A stretch of DNA of 63,643 nucleotides, the filler included, from Octopus bimaculoides (lineage: Eukaryota), in assembly GCF_001194135.2 (NCBI RefSeq). It is 8 parts of 6 records of this genome, joined end to end, with 100 filler letters (N's around TTAATTAATTAA, not from the genome) between each part and the next. Parts side by side here need not be neighbours in the genome. Positions count along the whole stretch, not along the records: positions 7,519 to 25,423 come from NC_068985.1; positions 25,524 to 37,533 come from NC_068981.1; positions 37,634 to 44,508 come from NC_068998.1; 5 more parts are not named here. One strand, given 5' to 3'. A program made the translations under genes and the position numbers. This document shows positions 24,612 to 38,091 of this stretch, piece by piece; position 1 is the stretch's first letter; every line of letters starts with the position of its first letter. Below the pieces are notes generated by a model that saw nothing but the letters and a program-made list of their open reading frames with translations, made no database searches and had not been told where the DNA came from.

Positions 24612-24828
24612 NNNNNNNNNNNNNNNNNNNNNNNNNNNNNNNNNNNNNNNNNNNNNNNNNNNNNNNNNNNNNNNNNNNNNNNNNNNNNNNNNNNNNNNNN
24701 NNNNNNNNNNNNNNNNNNNNNNNNNNNNNNNNNNNNNNNNNNNNNNNNNNNNNNNNNNNNNNNNNNNNNNNNNNNNNNNNNNNNNNNNNNNNNNNNNNNN
24801 NNNNNNNNNNNNNNNNNNNNNNNNNNNN

Positions 24829-24859
<31 letters not shown>

Positions 24860-25299
24860 CTCACTCTCACATACCCAACCTCTACCCCCACCCTCAGCCT
24901 AACCCACACTCCACGCTTGCTTTCCCCACTCTCGCCTCCCTCAGCTCTCAACACAAATCGCACCACACTACACACTACTACACCATACACCACCATACCG
25001 CACAATACATCACATCACATCACCACGCACACTCTAGCACTGAGCACTTCCAAGCCCTACATCTACACACTTACACATGCACACATGCACATATCAAGAT
25101 CACCAGCCGTCTTCCACACGCACATACATACTCGCTTATACACACGCACGCGCACCTTCATCTTGGGATCACCACTACCTTATTGTCTCCCCTTCTCCCT
25201 AGTTCTCCTGTGTGCTCTTCTGTGTGCTCTTCTGTCCGGCATTTGCCATGATAGATCGCTAGCCACTACACATTCTTTTCTCTCCTTGTTTCTTTCTGT

Positions 25300-25405
25300 G
25301 TTCCTTTCTGTGGAAGAGCGTAGGCTGGAAGCGTCAAAGACTTTTTCGCTTTCCGAGCGTTAAACTAATACATCTGTTTGTTGTCTACACCACCTGGTTT
25401 CACCT
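25300..25405 (+). repeat. Hammerhead-bearing short repeat family, copy 2
   Basis: CCTTT-CTGTGGAAGA-GCGTAGGCTG-GAAGC-GTC-AAAGA followed by the family body ...CTACACCACCTGG. Confidence 0.7.
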
Positions 25406-25523
25406 TTTGTTTTTTTTTTTGTGNNNNNNNNNNNNNNNNNNNNNNNNNNNNNNNNNNNNNNNNNNNNTTAATTAATTAANNNNNNNNNNNNNNNNNNNNN
25501 NNNNNNNNNNNNNNNNNNNNNNN

Positions 25524-25689
25524 TGGAGAAACTTTCAAAATACAAAGACCTGGAGATAGAGGTAACTCGAATGTGGAATCTAAAAACAGAAACAATTCCT
25601 ATCATAGTAGGCGCCTTAGGTATAATTTAAAAAATATTCAGACAAATACATAACAAAAACACCAGGACTTTCAAATATATATAAAAATA

Positions 25690-25690
<1 letters not shown>
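25524..25690 (+). mobile_element. R4/Dong-like non-LTR element, C-terminal restriction-like endonuclease fragment
   Basis: EKLSKYKDLEIEVTRMWNLKTETIPIIVGALG; followed by (TGA)/(TAA)n. Confidence 0.8.
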
Positions 25691-26356
<666 letters not shown>

Positions 26357-26394
26357 TAATAATAATAATAATAATAATAATCTTTTCTATTGGA

Positions 26395-26600
26395 GGCACA
26401 AGGCATCAGATTTGTGGGGAGGGAACTAGTTGATTACATCGACTGCAGTGCTTTACTGCTACGTAATTTATCAACCCCGAAAGGATGAAAGGCAAAGTCG
26501 ACGTCGGCGGAATTTGAACTCAGAACGTAAAGGCAGACGAAATACCGCTAAGTATTTCGCCCGGCGTGCCAACGTTTCTGCTAGCTCACCACCTTCAATA
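26395..26600 (-). mobile_element. SINE family B
   Basis: CCCCGAAAGGATGAAAGGCAAAGTCGAC...GAATTTGAACTCAGAACGTAAAGGCAGACGAAATACCGCTAAG. Confidence 0.9.
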
Positions 26601-26644
26601 ATAATAATAACGATGATGATGATGACGATGATGATGATGATGAC

Positions 26645-26676
<32 letters not shown>

Positions 26677-26902
26677 CCATCATCATCACGGTCCCCTGTA
26701 TGAAGTTTAGGTTCAGAAATGACATTTAGTGCTACGAAGCGAAAACAGTATAAAATAAACAAAAATTCAAGACACCCATATATACATACAATGTAGTACA
26801 AAACTATAGCTTATATCAATTGTGGCTATGTATCCATGTGGAACTATGAGTCTGATGTCATATGTGTAACGTATACATACTGAAGACACAAACTCATATA
26901 GA

Positions 26903-27007
<105 letters not shown>

Positions 27008-27226
27008 ATGTGTGCACACGTATGAGAGTATATATGAGTATGTGTGTGTGAGAGAGAGAGAGAGTAAAAGAGAGAGAAAAACGGTTAGATTAAATTTATT
27101 ATTATAAACATAAATTGATTTATATCTGTGTATATATATCAATGCATAGTTTATAAACCATTATATATATATATACATTTATAATATATATATTATATAA
27201 TATATACTATGTACATATATACACAC

Positions 27227-27267
<41 letters not shown>

Positions 27268-27360
27268 TACGATGTGTATTATATACATATATGTATATAA
27301 ATATACATATATATATCATATACAATATTACATACAATGTGCGAGAGAGAGACAGATAAT

Positions 27361-27396
<36 letters not shown>

Positions 27397-28368
27397 GAAA
27401 GATTTAGAATCCCCACTAACATTTAAATGATATATAGTACCAAAATGCTAAAGGGACTTTTTGAATCAACGATTATATATATGTAAATATGAATGTAGGA
27501 GTCTGTAAGTATGCGTATGTATGTATACATACACTTAATGTAGGTTTTCCTTTGCTGACGCGTGAATAAAGAAGCTAGGATATCAAACATTTATAAGTGA
27601 CGTAATTAAGAATTAAGTAAGCGTAAAAATCATGTGTATGATAATAGACTCGCATAAACAATTCATTTAACGAGGATATAAACTCCTAATCTTTTGTTCG
27701 GGCTTAATTGCGCATTCGCAATCACACATGCAGAATATTACAACCTAAGCCTTATCTACGTATCTAAAATTATAATATATATGCCATATATACATACATA
27801 TATATATACATATATATATANNNNNNNNNNNNNNNNNNNNNNNNNNNNNNNNNNNNNNNNNNNNNNNNNNNNNNNNNNNNNNNNNNNNNNNNNNNNNNNN
27901 NNNNNNNNNNNNNNNNNNNNNNNNNNNNNNNNNNNNNNNNNNNNNNNNNNNNNNNNNNNNNNNNNNNNNNNNNNNNNNNNNNNNNNNNNNNNNNNNNNNN
28001 NNNNNNNNNNNNNNNNNNNNNNNNNNNNNNNNNNNNNNNNNNNNNNNNNNNNNNNNNNNNNNNNNNNNNNNNNNNNNNNNNNNNNNNNNNNNNNNNNNNN
28101 NNNNNNNNNNNNNNNNNGTATGTATATATGTACGTACACACACACACGCACACACACACACGCACACACACACATATATATGCATGTATGTATCTATGTG
28201 CGTGCGTAGGTATGCATGCATATATATGTGTATGTGCGTGCGTGTGTGTGTGTTTGTGTCTGTGTATGTCTACTTCCATGTACAAAGAGAGAGTGAAAGT
28301 AAGTGAATGTGGGAGTTAGATAGATAAATAGACAGACAGACATGCTGACAGAGAGACAGGCAGGCAGT

Positions 28369-28400
<32 letters not shown>

Positions 28401-28449
28401 TAAACAGACAGACAGACAGATAAACAGACAGACAGACACATAGATAGAC

Positions 28450-28496
<47 letters not shown>

Positions 28497-29319
28497 GTTC
28501 TTCAAAATTCAGCAGATTGTCGTGTTTAGTATAATCCTACATACACTCACGTATATACACACAAACACACAGACACGCAAACACATACGAACACACACAG
28601 GTCCCCCACACATACACACAAAGAAACAACGAGGGACACTTTACACACTTGTTCGAAATTGTTAAAATCGAATTTACACCAGTGGTCTTTAAAAGACGTG
28701 TATTTGATAAGGTAATACGAAGTAAACACTTGTTTAAAAAACAATTATAAAACATTGTTACAATAGCTATACACATCACGGAATCTGTCTTCGATTCCAC
28801 ATGTTCCAAGTCTTGCAAATGAAATATTTTTATTTACTAAACTATAGGCAACTGTCAAAACTGCGTTACAAAGACTAGAATTACTCTGCCAAAATATTTC
28901 AACGTTAATTCCTCACAAAACTTGTCAACAGAGCACAGATTAACCCTTGTGATTGAAGTATTTATATTTATTAGAGAAATAGTTGCAACATATGCAAATC
29001 TTTTAGTCTGAATTCAAATGTATGTAATGGAAAAAAAACTTATAACAGACTTAAATGTTTTAATTGAATTAGTTATATAACATTAAAGACTATTTTCTTT
29101 GATACGTATGACTACTGAATCATGCGTCTGTTGAAAGATCAAAGGCCTCACTGAAAGATAATCTCACATTCTCTACCCAATGGATACATTTTATATCTAA
29201 ATTAAAGTGCTAACATTGCATATGGATGATGAACGTATACTGGATGTTTAAGAAGCAAACAGTGCAATATACACTCCACTACAAATAATATCACTGTTCA
29301 TTTCTCCTTAACCATCTAG

Positions 29320-29344
29320 CGCACATTCATCATCAATATGCCAT
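29320..29344 (+). CDS. Candidate 25-nt micro-exon (RTFIINMP)
   Basis: Acceptor ttcatttctccttaaccatctag, donor CAT|gtaagt. Confidence 0.35.
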
Positions 29345-29630
29345 GTAAGTACTTTAATCTAGATATGAACTGTATCCAAGAACCTTCAGGATATCTTTCA
29401 GTGAGAGCATATCTTACAACAGCCTCAAATTCAATTGCTATACGTATCAAAGAAAATCATCTTTTATGTTAGGTTTGAAGTAATTAAACTAAAACAGTTA
29501 AATTTGCTATAGGTTATTTTTCGCTAACTTTATTTGAATTCAGACTAAGATTGTTAGTGCGTGTTACGGCTCTCACAATCTCTCATCAGTACAAATAACT
29601 CATCCATACATGTTAATCTATGCTCTGTAG

Positions 29631-29639
29631 ACAGGTTTT
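29631..29639 (+). CDS. Candidate 9-nt micro-exon
   Basis: Acceptor ctatgctctgtag, ACAGGTTTT, donor gtaagt. Confidence 0.25.
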
Positions 29640-29819
29640 GTAAGTGATTAACGTTGAAAAAATTTTTTTAGCTAAGAAGACAATAAGAGAAAAGCAAAAT
29701 TAAATATTTCTATTACAGAACTTCGAGTATTTATCGTAGAGGACACATTCATTTTTATGTATAGTTATTGAATTATTATCATTAATTATTATTTTTGTTT
29801 TGACAATACTGTACTCCGT

Positions 29820-30040
29820 TTTAAGGCGTCGAGCTGGCAGAAACGTTAGAACGCCGAGCGAAATGCTTAGCGGTATTTCGTCTGTCTTTTCACTCTGAGT
29901 TCAAATTTCGCCGGGGTCGACTTTGCCTTTCATCCTTTCGGGGTCGATAAATTAAGAACCAGTTGGTAACTGGGGTCGATATAATCGACTGGCCCCCTCC
30001 CCCAAAATTTCGGGCCTTGTACCTAGAATAGAAACGTATA
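29820..30040 (+). mobile_element. SINE family B, near full length
   Basis: TAAGGCGTCGAGCTGGCAGAAACGTTAG...GTCGACTTTGCCTTTCATCCTTTCGGGGTCGATAAATTAAG...CCTAGAATAGAAA. Confidence 0.92.
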
Positions 30041-30544
30041 TTCTACTCCGTTTTATATTATCATGTATACACCATTTAAAACCGATGATGTAGATTTGAT
30101 GCTTTAACAAGTTTTGGTAACTTCGAGCGACAAAATAGACCATTTGCAGCAGACTGTACACTTCATTCTAACAATTGCTCATATTACTTGCAGAAGATAT
30201 CAGCCATAAATTTGCCATCTAAACTAGGTATCTGCATATCATCTCTACTCAAAACCATTGCTTTAGGCGCCTTTTATACTACGAATGGTTGTACCTAAGC
30301 CATTCAAAAGATGGTTCCAAAAAAGCTGCATAAAATTGCTCCAATTAAATAAATTTTAAATAATTGAATAAAAATAGGCAGACAAATATTTATCCCAAAA
30401 TAAAATTTTGGTCCTATATTTAATTATTTTTGCGTGAAATTATTTGTTTCAGAATCTTGCACAAAATTATTTTATTATTTGTCTTATCAGCCCTGTCTCA
30501 TCTAATTTCTATTGGTAAAATGGATGAGACAGAAGGTATTCATG

Positions 30545-30925
30545 GTTTATATTCCATGCCAAAAGCTTGTGGATTTGGTTGACGGAACCTTAAAGAAACC
30601 TGTTTTGCATATATATATANNNNNNNNNNNNNNNNNNNNNNNNNNNNNNNNNNNNNNNNNNNNNNNNNNNNNNNNNATATGTATGTATGTATGTATTTAT
30701 TTATTTTTATGTGTGTGTGTTTTTGTGTTTATGTTTGTCCTCCACCGCCTTTTGGCAACTGGTACTGGTGTGTTTATATCCCCATAATTTAGCGGTTCAG
30801 CAACGGAACCAATAGAATAAGTACCAGGTTTTTAAAAAAATACTTATGTACTGAGCTCGATTGGCACAGCAAAAATTTCTTCAGGACGGTACCCCAGCAC
30901 GGCCACAGTCTAATGACTGAAACAA
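30545..30925 (+). mobile_element. SINE family A, decayed, spanning a gap
   Basis: AAAGCTTGTGGATTTGGTTGACGGAAC...CCCATAATTTAGCGGTTCAGC...GAATAAGTACCAGG...CCCCAGCACGGCCACAGTC. Confidence 0.8.
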
Positions 30926-30927
30926 GT

Positions 30928-31008
<81 letters not shown>

Positions 31009-31120
31009 TATAATACCAGTTAAATAAAAGCATTCCTTCGAAATTATAATTGTTGTATTGCGGAAGTTTAATCTCAGTTCTAACAGTCGTCTCCTATAAT
31101 GCAATTCCTCTCCTTTCCAG

Positions 31121-31128
31121 CTTTTCTT
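31121..31128 (+). CDS. Candidate 8-nt micro-exon
   Basis: Acceptor ttcctctcctttccag, CTTTTCTT, donor gtaagg. Confidence 0.25.
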
Positions 31129-31302
31129 GTAAGGTCTTTACATGTAACTTTGCACGTTCTACTTCCTGTCAGCAGTCAGCAGCCAACCGGAAGTAGAATA
31201 CATTTATTTACGCTTTCATTTTGACAGACAAACCGTGAAACTACGTCCCACCGAAAGCGAATCTCAATGCAATTGGGTAGCAATTTGATATATTCGTATT
31301 AA

Positions 31303-31407
31303 GAGTGAATGAGTGAGTGAGTGAGTGAGTGAGTGAGTGAGTGAGTGAGTGAGTGAATGAGTGAGTGAGTGAGTGAGTGAGTGAGTGAGTGAGTGAGTGA
31401 GTGAGTG
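31303..31407. repeat. (GAGT)n tetranucleotide array
   Basis: Directly visible. Confidence 0.97.
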
Positions 31408-31557
31408 AGAAAGAATGTGAGAGAAAGAAATAAAGAGCGTGTAACGATAAGTGAGATAGAGTAAGAAATTTATGACACCAGATACGTTTGTGTGTATATA
31501 TGCTAGTAATGTTACTGTTATGGTTGTGATGATGATGATGACGACGAAGACGACGAC

Positions 31558-31620
<63 letters not shown>

Positions 31621-32139
31621 AATGATGGTGATGATGACATGGGCAGCAGTGGTGAGTATGACGGTGGGAGTATTGTGGATGAAACTGGACGAGTGTTGTG
31701 AGCGTGGGAGCTCGTATAAAGGCAAGTCAGATGCATTGATGGATGGTGATGCAGATAGATAAAGAAAAGAAGAAAGGGGGAGAATTAAAAGAAGGAGAAA
31801 AAGAAAGAGAAGAAAACTGATAAAGAATGAAAAAAAGAAAAACAACGTGAAATAGAGAGAACCAACGCTAGGCCGAAGAAATAAGAAGAATATACATCAT
31901 GAATTATTTCGTGTTGTTTTGGAGTTGGACAAATATAGTGAATGGTATAGAAAGGTTCAGCAGAATACGCTTCTGAATTAATTTGAAAAACCAGGTTTGT
32001 CTATAATTATTCATTTGAAAATCAGTGGTTATAACCTGATCAATTGAGAAATATGCTATATTCCACAATCCATTTCATAAAAAACAACAACAACCACAAT
32101 TAAAATGAGAATAATAATAATGATAATAATAATAATAGT

Positions 32140-32760
32140 AAGAATGAAAAAGTGATATATTCCTTAATACAGACTGTAAAATGCTTGAGCAAAGATATAG
32201 GCATAGAATGTACCATAGATAATTGTGCAATATTAGTCATGAGAAGGGCACAGGTAGTCAACAACGAAGCCATCCAATTACCCGATAGCCAGACATTAAA
32301 ATCATTGAAAGCAGGAGAGAGTTATAAGTATTTAAGAGTATTAGAATCTGACAGAGTACAAACTATAGAAATGAAAACGAAAATTGAGGAGTACATCAGA
32401 AGGATAAGGAAGCTAATGAACTCAAAGCTAAATGGTCCGAATCTAGTGAAGGCTGTAAATACTTGAGCAGTATCATTACTTAGATACTCAGCAGCTTTTG
32501 TAGAATGGACAAAAACTGAATTAGCAAAGCTAGACAGAAGATAAATGAGAAATTCAATATGAATGGAGGACTCCAGCCAAGGGCAGGAGTAACAAGATTA
32601 TATTTACCTAGAAAGGAAGTGGGGAAAAGGGTTAATATCAGTAGAAAACTGCGTGGAGTTAGCTAGAGTAGATATAGACTCCTATGTAGGTAAGAGTGAA
32701 GAAACTTCATTAAAATCTGCTAGAGTCACAGCAAGACATAGGGAAACCAAAACCCAAACG
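32140..32760 (+). mobile_element. R4/Dong-like non-LTR RT fragment
   Basis: LSKDIGIECTIDNCAIL, YKYLRVLESD, EYIRRIRKLMNSKLNGPNLVKAVNT*AVSLLRYSA, RLYLPRKE; preceded by (TAA)n. Confidence 0.88.
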
Positions 32761-34067
32761 TTTCTTCATCTCACTCTCTCAATCTCCTGCCTAACTATTT
32801 AAAAATATAATCTGGTTACCATAATCTCTGATCACCGCCAGCCTTTTCTTCTTCCCGTGTAATAGACAGAGAGAAAGAAAACAGAATATTGAGTTTAAAA
32901 AAAAAGAGCTTTAAGTTTTATATATTATCATTTCCAATAATATTTTTGATATTTCGAACCAACAAAACTTCGTGGTCGCTCAACCTGCAAGAAATGGTAA
33001 CTAAATCACCGTTTAGCTTAAATCCTATCGCCTTAAAAACCCGAACTACGTAATTTATAAATAGACGAGTTGGCTGTAGCTGGAATCCCTTCGATTATAT
33101 GCATGCTGGCCTAGAACGAAATAACAATAAAAACCACAATATTCAGTGATATTTTTATTTGTTATACCGTTGAAAGTTAACGTTTTCTTTCAAAATATTT
33201 TTTCTAAATTTTTTCCCATTTATTTTCTTTCTGTTTATTCTGAAATTGAAAACGCGTGAAGATGGTTAAACGAGCGAACATCTTCAACATTGTGCAACAA
33301 TTGATGTAAAGAGATGTTCTTTACGTTTCCTGTGTGAGCAGTGTATATTTGTATGAATGAATGTGTGTCTGTGTGTGCATGTCTTCATGCGTGCGTACAT
33401 ATATATATGTTTATATATTTTATTTCCAAACAGAGTCTCTCCCAAATTCTTTGTTAGATTGCCACTATTATTGCAGTACTGATTGTCAAATATTTTATAC
33501 GCCATATGATATTGTCTTTTCAATGACAGCTTTATAACATTCACTCACACGTAAATGTATTAGGAATTCGTTAGCCTCAGTATAACTGTCGCTTGCCAGT
33601 CATTATTTAAATATAAACACGACTTCCATGTCAGATATGTCCCATGGCAAAAATGGCGATGTCTAATTGTGTTCAAACATAACAAACTGTATTGTTGTTA
33701 CATCGAATGAACAATCACGACAGAGCTATTCCATTCACCTTTCGTTCACTCAAACATTCTTTCATCTCTCTCTTTATCTCCCTCTTTCATTTTTGTTTCG
33801 TTCTTTCTATCTCTCTTTCCACCCCCTGTCCCCACTCTCTCTTTCTCTATGTATATATGTATATACATGTATATGTACATACATATATATGTATATACAT
33901 ATATATGTATATACANNNNNNNNNNNNNNNNNNNNNNNNNNNNNNNNNNNNNNNNNNNNNNNNNNNNNNNNNNNNNNNNNNNNNNNNNNNNNNNNNNNNN
34001 NNNNNNNNNNNNNNNNNNNNNNNNNNNNNNNNNNNNNNNNNNNNNNNNNNNNNNNNNNNNATATATT

Positions 34068-34111
<44 letters not shown>

Positions 34112-34640
34112 TCTTTCTTTGTTTCTATTTTTTATATTTATCTTCACATATACATGCGTGTGTGTTTACATGTATGTATACGTATCTGAGAATATTTGTG
34201 TTTGTATTGGTGTACCTAGCCTACCTAGGATTTTAGTAGGAAAATAGTCACACTGAGAGACAGAAAGAAAGATAAACATATGAATAGATAAACATATGAA
34301 TAGATAAACATATGAATAGATAAACACCCATAGAAACAAAATTTATACAGAGGTACAAAACTACCTATGGTCATCGACTGATTCATTGAAAGATTTATTA
34401 ATCGATACCTGATTGGACTTATTGACACAAGGCCTTATTTGATGATGTAAAGCGAGGGAATATCGTCACCCCTCCCTCGCAACCCCACCCCACCCCTACA
34501 CAATCCAAACCCACCTTCCTTTATCACTAAGCCAACGACGATCGTGCAAATCTATGTTCAAGAAGTTTCCAGGTTATCTAACATTTCTTTAGTTTTAGAC
34601 AGAAGATGTGAATTGAAGAATACTTGACTACTCTTTCTAG

Positions 34641-34688
34641 CAGACAGAGCGACGGTATGGAGGCCGTCCCATAAACCAAAAGATTAAG
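34641..34688 (+). CDS. Candidate 48-nt exon (QTERRYGGRPINQKIK; 45 nt if the tandem CAG acceptor is used)
   Basis: Acceptor ctactctttctag(cag), donor AAG|gtaaat; only one frame open; GC-richer than its flanks. Confidence 0.45.
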
Positions 34689-35248
34689 GTAAATTATTCT
34701 TTCCCAACATGCAAACAAAATATACAGTGTAGAAGAAAAAAAGTATTAATAAGAGATAAACAAGCGAACCAAACGACATAAACATTATGACACGTGACAT
34801 TTAAACATTTAAAGGTCAATAGGAAAAGTAGACGCCTATATGAATCAGATCAAAGGACGAGTATTTGAAACCAAATGTGGCTTTGGCTTCAAGTATGAAG
34901 GTCTGCTGATAATTAAGTAGCGTTGTTGTTCAATCAAATAATTCCACACGGTGTTAGATTAGGTAATATAATCTCTTGTGCATCGTGAAAAATCTAGCGA
35001 GCAGTCAGAAGTACTCTAAATGAAAAAAAAAAGAAGCTACTCTTGTAGCTTCGTCTAGTTGTACATGTATGGCAAAACCAATAAATATAATATACGCCTA
35101 AGTATCTATGAACGTGTGTATGTGTAAATGTGTATATCAATAACACTAAACTCACACGTACATACAAACATATATACATATACATAAACATACACATGAA
35201 TATACCCATATATATACATTATGCATATATATACATATATGTATAAAT

Positions 35249-35279
<31 letters not shown>

Positions 35280-35479
35280 NNNNNNNNNNNNNNNNNNNNN
35301 NNNNNNNNNNNNNNNNNNNNNNNNNNNNNNNNNNNNNNNNNNNNNNNNNNNNNNNNNNNNNNNNNNNNNNNNNNNNNNNNNNNNNNNNNNNNNNNNNNNN
35401 NNNNNNNNNNNNNNNNNNNNNNNNNNNNNNNNNNNNNNNNNNNNNNNNNNNNNNNNNNNNGGGGGGTTTTATTATTATT

Positions 35480-36588
35480 ATTAGTGTTGCTTAATATGTT
35501 TTGCTAAAATTGCTGTTTCTTTTTAGATATCAGAAAAAGTAATTAAAATTCATTAAAATGACAGATCTATCGGGCTTTCAAAGAGGTCAAATTGTTGGTG
35601 CTCGATGCCAGGCGCTAACGTAACGAAACCAGCCGAAATGTTTGGCGTATCAAGAAGTACAACCTCAAAAGTAATAGCAACTTTTGAAAAAGAGGGAAAA
35701 AAACCGCCTCGTTGAAAAAAAACTTTGGATCAAACCCAAAACTGTCAGACTCATACGCGAATTGTTATAAAGGATCACAAAAGTACTGCTCCCAAAATTA
35801 CTGCAGAGCATAATGACCACCTCGAGAATCCAATTTCCGCGAACACTGCTCGCCGGAAGCTACACAAAGCTGGATTTCACAGGAGGGCTGCAATCAGAAA
35901 ACCACTACTTTCAAAAACAAACGTTGCAATGCGTTCAGAGTGGAGTAAAAACCTACAGAATTGGTCTCTATAACAGTGGAAGAAAGTTGTTTTCGAGTTA
36001 TCCATTACCTTATTTCCGACCACCGGCCAAGTATACGTGTGGAGATAACCAAAAGAAGCATTTGACCCACACTGCCTTCTTCCAACTGTTAAACATGGTC
36101 GAGGATCTATGGTGATCTGGGGAGGGGGGCTATATCTTGGAAATCCGCCGGCCCAATGGTTTGCCTTCATGGCAGAATTCATCTTATGGTTGCGGAACTG
36201 TTTCCGGAGGGAAACACAATCTTTCAGGATGATAATGCACCAATTCACACAACTAAAGTTGTCACTGAATGGCACGAGGAACATCCTAGTGAAGTTGAAC
36301 ATATTATCTGGTCACCACAGTCCCCAGATCTCAACATTATTGAACATCTATGGCACATTTTAGAAAAACAACTAAGGAGTCAATATCCTCTACCATCATC
36401 ACTACAAGAACTGGAGACTGTTTTAGCTAAAGAATGAACAAAAATTCCTTTGGAAACAATTCAAACTTTGAACGAGTCCATACCCCGTAGAATTCAAGCT
36501 GTAATGACTGCCAGACGTGGTCCGACCCCATATTAAAATAAATTTGTTTCATATTTTAAGGTGTTTCCATTATCTTGTCCAACCCCTG
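35480..36588 (+). mobile_element. Tc1-like transposon with DD36E spacing, frameshifted; left TIR lost in a gap
   Basis: AGFHRRAAIRKPLLSK, TVKHG.GS, FQDDNAPIHT...WSPQSPDLNIIEHLW; right TIR TTATCTTGTCCAACCCCTG then TA at 36589-36590. Confidence 0.93.
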
Positions 36589-36710
36589 TATATCAGCTAT
36601 TAATGCCATACGACCGTTGCAAGCGGCTCCATATTCACCTTGCAGCTGTGCGGATAATACCGGATGACTTGGTGCTTCAAATTAAGTACCTAACTCAATT
36701 TAATCTTAAC

Positions 36711-36765
<55 letters not shown>

Positions 36766-36829
36766 TCAGAGAGAGAGAGAGAGAGTGTGTGTGTGAGAGA
36801 GAGTGTGAGAGAGAGAAAGGGAGAGATCT

Positions 36830-37074
36830 TTTATCCTTTACTTGCTTCAGTCATTTGATTGTGGCTATGTTGGGGGACCGCCTTGAAAGATTTTAGTAGA
36901 ATAAATCCACCCCAGGACTAAGTTTTTAAAGTCTCGTACTTATTCTATGTCTATCTTGCTTGCTGGACCGCTAATTACGGGAACGTAAACGCGCCAACAC
37001 CGGTTGTCAGGTGCTGATGGGTGACAAACACGGAAATAAAGACATACACACACTGATACACACACATGCGCATA

Positions 37075-37126
<52 letters not shown>

Positions 37127-37285
37127 ATGGGCCCGTGTTAGTTTCTGTCTACCAAAGTGACTCAGAAGACTTTGGTCGGCCCGAGGCTACAGTAGAAGAA
37201 ACTTGCTTAAGTTTCCCCAGAGTGAGACTAAATCTGGAACCATGTGGTTGAGAAGCAAGCTTATTACCAGCCTCACCAATATACA
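36830..37285 (-). mobile_element. SINE family A, full length with an internal (CA)n
   Basis: Tail at 36830-37050 and head at 37130-37285 match family A in reverse. Confidence 0.88.
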
Positions 37286-37331
37286 TACATATACACGCGC
37301 GCGCGCTCGCACACACACACGCACACACACT

Positions 37332-37371
<40 letters not shown>

Positions 37372-37633
37372 CACACTGTGTGTATGTGTGTGTGTGTACA
37401 TGTAATAATAACTATAATGATTTGTGAATGGATAGTTATAGGCTTTATTAATGAATCTCCATACTTTCTCCATCACAATCTGTTTGCTTCTCTATCCATT
37501 TTAGAAATAAATAAATAAATAAATATATATATANNNNNNNNNNNNNNNNNNNNNNNNNNNNNNNNNNNNNNNNNNNNTTAATTAATTAANNNNNNNNNNN
37601 NNNNNNNNNNNNNNNNNNNNNNNNNNNNNNNNN

Positions 37634-37945
37634 TTGTGAGTGTTTATTGAGCGAAAACACCTAAAAAGCTCCACGAGGCTCCGGCAGGGGATGGTGGCGA
37701 ACCCTACTGTACTCTTTCACCACCACAACTTTCTGTCACTCTTACTTCCTGTTTCTGTTGTGCCTGTAATTCAAAGGGGTCAGCCTTGTCACACTGTGTC
37801 ACGTTGAATATCCCCCGAGAACTACGTTAAGGGTGCACGTGTCTGTGGAGTGCTCAGCCACTTGCACGTTAATTTCACGAGCAGGCTGTTCCGTTGATCG
37901 GATCAACTGGAAAGTTCATCGTCGTAAGCGACGGAGTGCCAACAA
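37634..37945 (+). mobile_element. SINE family C (head in a gap)
   Basis: Highly similar to the reverse complement of 48005-48310. Confidence 0.9.
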
Positions 37946-38063
37946 CAACAGTCATTTGTGTGTTAATCGTTTTGAATTCACTCCGTGACTTTAATACATT
38001 CCTCACCTCTGTATTTATAAGTGTGACCGCCCTCACCGTCTCTATGCCTACTATTACTCTCAC

Positions 38064-38091
38064 CCCAGCATGAGGAATAGTAGAAGTGTCA
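38064..38091 (-). CDS. Candidate 28-nt minus-strand exon (xTLLLFLMLG or DTSTIPHAG)
   Basis: Acceptor ccctctctcactattcag, donor GGG|gtgaga. Confidence 0.25.

Noticed and set aside
34271-34326. 16-bp unit GATAAACATATGAATA repeated 3.5 times
   Set aside because: A plain minisatellite without spacers; not CRISPR-like and no sign of function.
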